From: Gemmatimonadota bacterium
GTDB taxonomy: Bacteria > Gemmatimonadota > Gemmatimonadetes > Longimicrobiales > RSA9
Direction of reading: 5' to 3'
NCBI GenBank assembly: GCA_040905425.1
Contig: JBBDRO010000067.1
Coordinates: 51,760-81,727, forward strand
DNA length: 29,968 nucleotides
Below are positions 24,897-29,968 of this stretch, one piece after another. The notes beneath the pieces are model-generated. The model ran no database searches, was not told where the DNA came from, and worked only from the letters and a program-made list of their open reading frames with translations. A program made the position numbers and the translations under genes. Within the stretch, counting starts at the first letter, position 1, and each line of letters begins with the position of its first letter.

Positions 24897-27431
24897 CTAG
24901 AGGTCACGAAGTGCGGCCAGGGGGGGACGGCGGAGCGGTGCGCGGCCCGTGAGCGCCCCGGCGGCGGCGGCCAGCAGGGCGGCCGCCAGACCGAGGCCGA
25001 GCATGCCCACGGGGTGCGGGTGGAAGTCCAGCCGGAAGACCCAGTGGACCAGGGCCCAGCCGGCCACGCTCGCCAGCAGCACACCGGCCGAGCCCGCCAT
25101 GGCGCCGAGCACGGCGTACTCGGTGAGCAGGATGCGCGTGACCTGCGCCCGGGTGGCGCCCAGGGTGCGCAGCAGCACGGCCTCGCGGCTGCGCTGGTGG
25201 CGGGCGGCCGCCACCGCGCCGAAGAGGACCGCGGCGCCACCCGCCAGTGTGAAGAGCGCCATGAAACGGATGGCGCCCGTGACCCGATCCAGCACGCGAG
25301 CCAGCGCCTCCTGGACCACGGCCACGTCCAGCACGCCCAGGTTGGCGTGGCGGCGCGTCAGATCCCGCTGCAAGCGCGCCCGCGTGTTGGCATCCGGCAC
25401 CTCGGCCAGGCTGACGTAGGTGGTGGGCGCGCCGGCCAGCGCGCCGGGCTCGAAGATCACGAAGTAGTTGGTGCCGAAGCGCGACCAGTCCACCCTCCGC
25501 AGGCTGGTGATGCGGGTGGCCACGCGCCGCCCCTGCACGTCCCAGGTCACCGTGCTGCCGACCCCCACACCCAGTGACGCGGCCAGGTCCTCCTCCATGG
25601 AGATACGGGGCGGATCCGCCGCCGCGGCGTCGAACCATGTTCCCGCCACCAGCTCCTCCGCGTCGGTCAGGTGAGCCCGCCACGTGTTGCGGTACTCGCG
25701 GCGCAGCGCCCAGGGCTCCACCTCCCGCGCGCGGGGGCCGTCCAGGATGCTGTCCGCCGGGATGCCGTCCAGCGCGGCGATGCGCGCCACCACGATGGGT
25801 TCGTACGACGGCGCCGCCAGTCCCGCCGCCGTGAAGATGGCATCCACCGCGGCGCGCTGGTCCGCCTGCACGTCGATGACAGCCAGCGTCGGGCGTGCAG
25901 CCCGGTCCTCGGGAAGGATCCAGTCGAGGAGGTTCTGCTGCACCAGCCAGAGTCCGCCCACCGCGAAGACACCGAACCCCAGGGCCACCGTCACGGCCGC
26001 CGTCTGGTTGTGTGGCCGGAAGAGCCCGGCCATACCCTGGCGCACCACGAAGGAGGCGCCGTGCGGGAACCAGCGGCGGAGCGCGCGTGTCAGCAGCCAG
26101 GCCACGGCGCGGAGCAGCGCCAGCACCGCCACCAGCGCGCCCGCGAAGGCCCAGCCCATGAGCGGCGTGGGCGCCGTCCACACGCCGAGCGCCACCAGCA
26201 CGGCCGCCAGGCAGGCGTACACGCCCAGCCGCGCCGGATCCAGGCGCCGTCCCGCCGGGCGCTCCGAGTCATCCTCGCGGAGCGCCCTCAGCGGCGCGAT
26301 GCCCCGCACCTCCAGCAGCGGCAGCAGCGCGAAGATCACCGCCACGCCCATGCCCGCCGCCAGCCCCGCGGCCGCCGCCGCCATGTCCACCGAGAAGCCC
26401 ACCCGCACGGGTACCAGCTCTCCCAGCACGCCCGGCAGCAGCACGCGAACGGCCAGCCCCAGCAGCACGCCGGCGGCGGCGCCCGCCGCGCCCAGCAGGA
26501 CCGCCAGTAGCAGATAGGCCGAGAAGGCCGTCCGCTGCGTGGCGCCGATGCAGCGGAGCACCGCGATGACGGGTCGGCGCTCGCGCACGAAGACGTGTAC
26601 CGCCACGGCCACACCCACGCCGCCGAGGAGGAGCGCCGCCAGACCCACGAGGCCCAGGAAGCGGGTCAGGGCATCCAGGAATTCGGTGACGTTCTCGGCG
26701 CGCTCCTCGGCCGTGCCGAACGAGATGTTCGCCCGCCGCCAGCTGTCATGGTAGCGATCGATGAACGGCTGGCGCCCCTCCAGGTTCGGAAAGCGGAAGT
26801 AGAGGTGGTGACGCGCCAGGGTGCCGAAGGCCAGCAGCCCCGTCTCCGCCAGCCAGCGCTCCCCCACCACCACCCGCGGACCCAACGCGGCGCCCGGTCC
26901 GAAGTCGGGCGGCAGGCCCTCGAACGTCCCGCCAATCACGAAGCGGCCGCCCCCTACCTCCAGGCTGTCCCCCAGCTCGGCGCCCAGGTGGATGAGCAGC
27001 GCCGGATCCACCACCGCCACCCGGGCGTCCTCCAGGCGCTCCCAGACGCCCGGCGGGTCGGTGCGCAGCTCCCCGTAGAAGGGCCAGCCTCCCGACACGC
27101 CGTGGAGCTGCACCAGGCGCACGTCGTCGTGCGGACCGATGACCACGGTGGGCAGCCGCACCACGCGTCCCAGCTCGACGCCTTCGGCGGCCAGCGAGTC
27201 CGCCGCCGCCAGGACGCTGTCGGGCAGCGGCGCTCCCGCGTGCAGCTCCAGGTCGGCGCCCAGCAGCCCCCGCGCCTCCTGGCGCACCGCCTCGAGCGCG
27301 TCGGTGCGGAAGGAGCGGATGGCCACGAGGGCCCCGACCCCGAGCGAGATGGCCAGCAGGTAGACGCCCAGCCGGCGGCCGTTAGCGCGCGCCTCACGGA
27401 GGGCGTGCCGGAGCGCGAAGGGCAGCCTCAC
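24897..27431 (-). CDS. ybbP: YbbP-like ABC transporter permease (duplicated FtsX/MacB-type domains)
   Basis: 'LLGADL', 'WPFYGEL', 'IAVLRCIGA', 'IDVQADQ', 'VDWSRFGTNYFVIF', 'REAVLLRTLGA'. Start overlaps the ATPase stop (GTGA). Confidence 0.88.
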   Translation of the reverse strand: MRLPFALRHALREARANGRRLGVYLLAISLGVGALVAIRSFRTDALEAVRQEARGLLGADLELHAGAPLPDSVLAAADSLAAEGVELGRVVRLPTVVIGPHDDVRLVQLHGVSGGWPFYGELRTDPPGVWERLEDARVAVVDPALLIHLGAELGDSLEVGGGRFVIGGTFEGLPPDFGPGAALGPRVVVGERWLAETGLLAFGTLARHHLYFRFPNLEGRQPFIDRYHDSWRRANISFGTAEERAENVTEFLDALTRFLGLVGLAALLLGGVGVAVAVHVFVRERRPVIAVLRCIGATQRTAFSAYLLLAVLLGAAGAAAGVLLGLAVRVLLPGVLGELVPVRVGFSVDMAAAAAGLAAGMGVAVIFALLPLLEVRGIAPLRALREDDSERPAGRRLDPARLGVYACLAAVLVALGVWTAPTPLMGWAFAGALVAVLALLRAVAWLLTRALRRWFPHGASFVVRQGMAGLFRPHNQTAAVTVALGFGVFAVGGLWLVQQNLLDWILPEDRAARPTLAVIDVQADQRAAVDAIFTAAGLAAPSYEPIVVARIAALDGIPADSILDGPRAREVEPWALRREYRNTWRAHLTDAEELVAGTWFDAAAADPPRISMEEDLAASLGVGVGSTVTWDVQGRRVATRITSLRRVDWSRFGTNYFVIFEPGALAGAPTTYVSLAEVPDANTRARLQRDLTRRHANLGVLDVAVVQEALARVLDRVTGAIRFMALFTLAGGAAVLFGAVAAARHQRSREAVLLRTLGATRAQVTRILLTEYAVLGAMAGSAGVLLASVAGWALVHWVFRLDFHPHPVGMLGLGLAAALLAAAAGALTGRAPLRRPPLAALRDL

Positions 27432-28114
27432 GCGCGTTGCGGCTCCCCGTCCACCAGCCGACCCGCCGCCAGCCGGATCACCCGCCCGGCCCGCGCCGCC
27501 AGCGCCGGGTCGTGCGTCACGAGCACCATGGTGGTGCGCGCCTCGGTGTTGAGCGCCTCCATGAGTTCGATCACGCCCGCCCCGGTGGCCGTGTCCAGGC
27601 TGCCGGTGGGCTCGTCCGCGAAGAGCAGGGCGGGGCGGTTCACAAACGCGCGCGCCAGCGCCACCCGCTGCTGCTCGCCCCCCGAGAGCTGCTGCGGATA
27701 GTGATGCAGTCGATCGCCCAGGCCCACGCGCGCGAGCAGCTCGCCGGCCCGCGCCTCCGCTTCCCGGTCCCGCCCCACCAGCTCGAGGGGCACGCGCACG
27801 TTCTCCAGGGCCGTGAGCGAGGGTATGAGCTGAAAGGTCTGGAAGACGAACCCCACGTGGCGGGCGCGGAAGCGCGCCCGCGCGTCCTCGTCCAGCGGGC
27901 CCAGCGGCGTCCCGGTGAGACTCACGGTCCCCTGGCTCGGACGATCCAGCCCCGCCAGCAGCCCGAGCAGCGTGGTCTTGCCGCTGCCGGAGGGACCCGT
28001 GATGGCCACGAACTCTTCGGCCGGGATGGTGAGGTATATATCTTCCAGAACCGTGAGCGGCCGGCCGCCGCTGCGGTAGGTCTGCGTCAGTCCCCTGGCT
28101 TCGATGGCATTCAT
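27428..28114 (-). CDS. ybbA: YbbA/LolD-like ABC transporter ATP-binding protein
   Basis: Walker A GPSGSGKT, 'GFVFQTFQL', signature LSGGEQQR, Walker B 'LFADEPTG', 'VTHD'. Start at ATG 28114. Confidence 0.92.
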   Translation of the reverse strand: MNAIEARGLTQTYRSGGRPLTVLEDIYLTIPAEEFVAITGPSGSGKTTLLGLLAGLDRPSQGTVSLTGTPLGPLDEDARARFRARHVGFVFQTFQLIPSLTALENVRVPLELVGRDREAEARAGELLARVGLGDRLHHYPQQLSGGEQQRVALARAFVNRPALLFADEPTGSLDTATGAGVIELMEALNTEARTTMVLVTHDPALAARAGRVIRLAAGRLVDGEPQRA

Positions 28115-28946
28115 GAAGCGGAAGATAGCCGTATTTCTCCTGGTGGCGCTAACGCTGTTGACGGGCTGTTCGGACCCGGACCGCGCCGGATCGGCGGCCG
28201 CGGGCGGTAGCGCCGCGGAGGCGGCCTCAGGCCGGGACGCAGACCGCGCGGGAGACGCGATTTCCGCTCCGGCGCCCGAGGGCGTCGCGGACCTGTCCGC
28301 GGCTCCCGCGGCTCCCGCGGCTCCCGCGCCTCCCGATCGAGGCGGCGCGTACGGAGCGCCCGCGGCGGCGCGCGACCGCGGCGTGGTGCTCTTTCTGGGC
28401 ACCAGCCTGAGCGCCGGCTACGGCCTGGACGAGCAGGCGGCCTATCCGGCGTTGATCCAGGCGCGCATCGACAGCGCCGGCCTGCCCTTCAGGGTGGTCA
28501 ACGCCGGTCTCAGCGGAGAGACCGCCGCGGGCGGGCTGCGCCGGCTGGAGTGGTCACTGCAGGAGCCGCTCGACGTGCTGGTGCTCGAGCTCGGCGCCAA
28601 CGACGGCCTGCGCGGCCACGACGTGGCGGCCACGCGCCGCACGCTGGCGGAGATCCTGGAGCGCACCCGGGCGCGTTATCCGGAAGCGGAGCTGGTGGTG
28701 CTGGGCATGGAGACGCCGCCCAACATGGGCGCGGCCTACACGGAGCGCTTCCGCGCCATGTACCCCGCGCTGGCGCGCGAGTATGATGCCGTGCTCGTGC
28801 CATTCCTCCTGGAGGGGGTGGCAGGCGATCCTGCGCTGAATCAGGCGGACGGCATCCACCCCACGGCGGCGGGGCAGCGCATCCTGGCGGCCACGGTGTG
28901 GCGCGCGCTGGGGCCGCTGCTGGAGGCGCGGGCGGCGCGGCGCTGA
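28113..28946 (+). CDS. tesA: TesA-like SGNH/GDSL arylesterase, lipoprotein with long Ala/Pro linker
   Basis: Block I 'FLGTSLSAGYG', 'NAGLSGET', 'ELGANDGLRG', 'DGIHP'. Lipobox LTGC. Divergent from ybbAP as in E. coli. Confidence 0.9.
   Translation: MKRKIAVFLLVALTLLTGCSDPDRAGSAAAGGSAAEAASGRDADRAGDAISAPAPEGVADLSAAPAAPAAPAPPDRGGAYGAPAAARDRGVVLFLGTSLSAGYGLDEQAAYPALIQARIDSAGLPFRVVNAGLSGETAAGGLRRLEWSLQEPLDVLVLELGANDGLRGHDVAATRRTLAEILERTRARYPEAELVVLGMETPPNMGAAYTERFRAMYPALAREYDAVLVPFLLEGVAGDPALNQADGIHPTAAGQRILAATVWRALGPLLEARAARR
28302..28328 (+). repeat. In-frame 9-bp tandem repeat (GCTCCCGCG)x3 encoding (APA)3 in the TesA linker
   Basis: Read directly. Confidence 0.85.
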
Positions 28947-29039
28947 GCGATTGGACGCGGCCCGAGCGTGCCACTCGCGGCCTGGACCGATCACGGCCCG
29001 TGCGCGCCACCGTCCCACCACCGGGCCGCCCTTCGAGCC

Positions 29040-29717
29040 CTACCTCCGCGCCGTGCGCCGACCGAAGGGGGATTCCTCCCAGCGCGCCAGGATGGCGGCC
29101 GGATCATCGTAGACGGCCATGGCACCCTCCAGGTCGGCGTCCCCCCATCCGCCGCAGCGCACGGCCACCACGCCCACGCCGGCGCGGTGCGCCGCCTCCA
29201 CGTCGTAGGGGGTGTCCCCCAGCATGAGGACGTGCTCGGCGGCCCGGCCGGTGCACCGCAGCACGGCGGCCACGATGTCCGGGTCCGGCTTGGAGTCCTC
29301 GGCGTCGTCGGCGTTGGTGGTCTGTTCGATGAGATCCGCCACACCGGCCTGCTCCAGGAGCGGCTGCAGATCCTCCTGGCTGGCGCTCGTGGCCACCACC
29401 AACTCGAGGCCGGCCGCCCGCATGCGCTCCACCAGGGCCCGGGCGCCAGGACACGGCCGGAGCTCCCGCAGATGCCGCTCGCGAAAGATCTCCCCGCGCC
29501 GCGCGAGGATGCGCTGGCCCTCGGGGCTCTCCTCCGCGAGCCCGGTGAGCGCCGGGAGCACCTTGTCCCCGCCCATGCCGATCAGCGGCCGCGCCTCCTC
29601 GAAGCCGGCCTCATGGCCGAATTCTTCGAGGACCTCCGCCCAGGCACGGGCGTGCGCGTCATTGCTGTCGATGAGGGTGCCGTCCACGTCCAGCAGGACG
29701 GCGTGCAACTCCGTCAA
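29040..29717 (-). CDS. HAD superfamily hydrolase/phosphatase
   Basis: Motif I 'LLDVDGTLIDSN', 'VATSA', 'SKPDPD', 'LGDTPYD'. Likely TTG start at 29717 with GAGAGG RBS. Confidence 0.92.
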   Translation of the reverse strand: MTELHAVLLDVDGTLIDSNDAHARAWAEVLEEFGHEAGFEEARPLIGMGGDKVLPALTGLAEESPEGQRILARRGEIFRERHLRELRPCPGARALVERMRAAGLELVVATSASQEDLQPLLEQAGVADLIEQTTNADDAEDSKPDPDIVAAVLRCTGRAAEHVLMLGDTPYDVEAAHRAGVGVVAVRCGGWGDADLEGAMAVYDDPAAILARWEESPFGRRTARR

Positions 29718-29758
29718 CGCTACCTCTCGGCTCGAGGGGAAGGCAGGGCGCAACGCGA

Positions 29759-29817
29759 ACGGACGTGAAGCCCACCGGGTGCCCCTGCCGTAGCAGCCCG
29801 ATGAACTCCACGTCCGT
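29759..29817 (-). ncRNA. Candidate structured RNA element (long stem capped by a cUACGg tetraloop hairpin) in the HAD gene leader
   Basis: Minus strand ACGGACGTGGAGTTCATCGGG pairs with CCCGGTGGGCTTCACGTCCGT (21 bp, four G-U). It encloses CTGC-TACG-GCAG and a GGGCA bulge. Confidence 0.5.
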
Positions 29818-29870
29818 GCAAATACGCGGCCGTCCCCACGGCCTCTTAACGATAGCCATCGAAGCGGCCC

Positions 29871-29968
29871 GAAAGGTTGGGGTAATGTCAGGATTCTGTC
29901 AGGGTTTCATGGGGAAATGTCAGGAAACGGTTGGCAATGTCAGGAAACGGTTGGCAATGTCAGGAAAC
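29871..29968. repeat. 20-bp tandem repeat AATGTCAGGAAACGGTTGGC (2.65 copies from 29916, truncated by the window end) plus degenerate upstream copies
   Basis: The TGTCAGG core starts at 29886, 29897, 29918, 29938 and 29958. Confidence 0.9.

Noticed and set aside
29759..29817. Hairpin as SRP RNA, tRNA or intrinsic terminator
   Set aside because: Lacks the SRP GNRA loop with CAGG/AGCA symmetric loop, has no cloverleaf, and has no U-tract.
29659..29859. 66-aa minus-strand ORF as a leader peptide
   Set aside because: No SD, overlaps the HAD start out of frame, and composition is not protein-like. Cannot be fully excluded.
29916..29968. 20-bp repeats as a CRISPR array
   Set aside because: Units are directly adjacent with no unique spacers, and no cas genes are visible.
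1..29968. Mobile elements, prophage, defence systems, rRNA or tRNA
   Set aside because: No transposase, integrase, phage or defence motifs and no RNA-gene signatures were seen.

Overview
High-GC bacterial chromosomal segment, probably Gemmatimonadota (inferred from gene content only), with about 25 protein genes and no rRNA, tRNA, CRISPR array or recognisable mobile element. Most genes encode exported hydrolases (S9 peptidase, PafA-type alkaline phosphatase, two tandem amidases, M14 and M28 peptidases, dienelactone hydrolase, TesA-like esterase) or envelope proteins (OmpA lipoprotein, DUF4105/Lnb-like membrane protein, YbbAP-like ABC transporter). The best candidate system is a two-gene unit at 18104-19712: a Cyc2-like fused monoheme cytochrome-porin followed by a periplasmic monoheme cytochrome c and a perfect hairpin, which may be an extracellular electron-uptake or Fe(II)-oxidation module. 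Other notable signals are an orphan PilB/GspE ATPase with degenerate catalytic motifs fused to an intact receiver domain, a strand-specific 59-nt RNA stem-loop upstream of a HAD gene, a TGTCAGG repeat array at the right edge, a consensus sigma-54 promoter, overlapping divergent start codons, and several leaderless-type promoters. All calls come from reading motifs by eye; no database search was run.
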